Assembly (NCBI RefSeq): GCF_006345805.1
Contig: NC_042998.1
Location: 187,488,001-187,552,000, forward strand
Reading direction: 5' to 3'
DNA from: Octopus sinensis
Taxonomy: Eukaryota
Length of the DNA stretch: 64,000 nt
The translations under genes were made by a program, and so were the position numbers. Below, one piece after another: positions 63,600 through 64,000 of this stretch. Position 1 is the stretch's first letter. Each line of letters begins with the position of its first letter. Under the pieces are notes generated by a model. That model had not been told where the DNA came from. It made no database searches and saw only the letters and a program-made list of their open reading frames with translations.

Positions 63600-64000
63600 T
63601 GACAATGTCCCCTCAGGGAGGTGGCCTTGCTCGATCTGTAGCAAAGGTGTAGGTAGAAACTCCATAAGATGTACCCAGTGTAAGCTATGGACACATAAGA
63701 GGTGCAGCAAAGGAAGATTATCCAAGAAGATAGCTTTAGTGTGCAGCAGATGCACAGGGGCAGATGCTCAGAAAACAGATTCCATTCCACTCCAGTGGGG
63801 AGAAACTAGAAGTAGTTGATAGCTTCTGCTACCTAGGTGACCAAGTTAGTAGTGGAGGTGGATGCTCAGAGAGTGTCACCACTAGAATACGAATAGCCTG
63901 GGCAAAGTTTATAAAGCTTCTACCTCTACTGGTGACAAAGGGCCTCTCACTCAGAGTGAAAGGTAGATTGTACGACGCATGTGTGCGAACTGCCATGCTT
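63600..64000 (+). mobile_element. RTE LINE fragment running off the window
   Basis: WPCSICSKGVGRNSIRCTQCKLWTHKRC...LEVVDSFCYLGDQV. Confidence 0.88.

Larger units (their letters stand above)
59493..63600 (-). mobile_element. hAT transposon fossil (ZMYM1/DUF4371-like) with nested insertions
   Basis: GHFESKEYSNHGNYQELL...SNRIQN...GDETSD...QLSIV (62857-63228); TTGSVEWSFSALMKIK...RLSELALLSIE dimerisation domain (61180-61422); CAGTGG end at 59493. Confidence 0.85.

Overview
AT-rich, microsatellite-laden eukaryotic DNA. The repeat families (tRNA-derived SINEs, RTE LINE tails ending in (GAT)n, (TA)n/(TATG)n arrays) look like an Octopus genome; that assignment is pattern recognition, not a database result. 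The window is mostly transposon fossils, and no intact host gene could be assembled; most listed ORFs are microsatellite or repeat artefacts. Mobile elements include an internally deleted Gypsy LTR element, three mariners, Tigger and pogo relics, a nested hAT stack, Helitron-like elements, RTE LINEs with a C4HC3 PHD-like finger, CR1-like, L1/Tx1-like and RLE-type LINE relics, dozens of SINEs, many MITE/fold-back hairpins and a 1.4-kb 27-bp minisatellite. The most notable signal is a set of hammerhead ribozyme (HHR) motifs in Penelope-type terminal repeats. Two have a complete core (38080-38123 and 9636-9727, both minus strand), and four are decayed, one of them in the tail of a tRNA-headed SINE. 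Repeat boundaries were read by eye and are approximate unless exact motifs are quoted.
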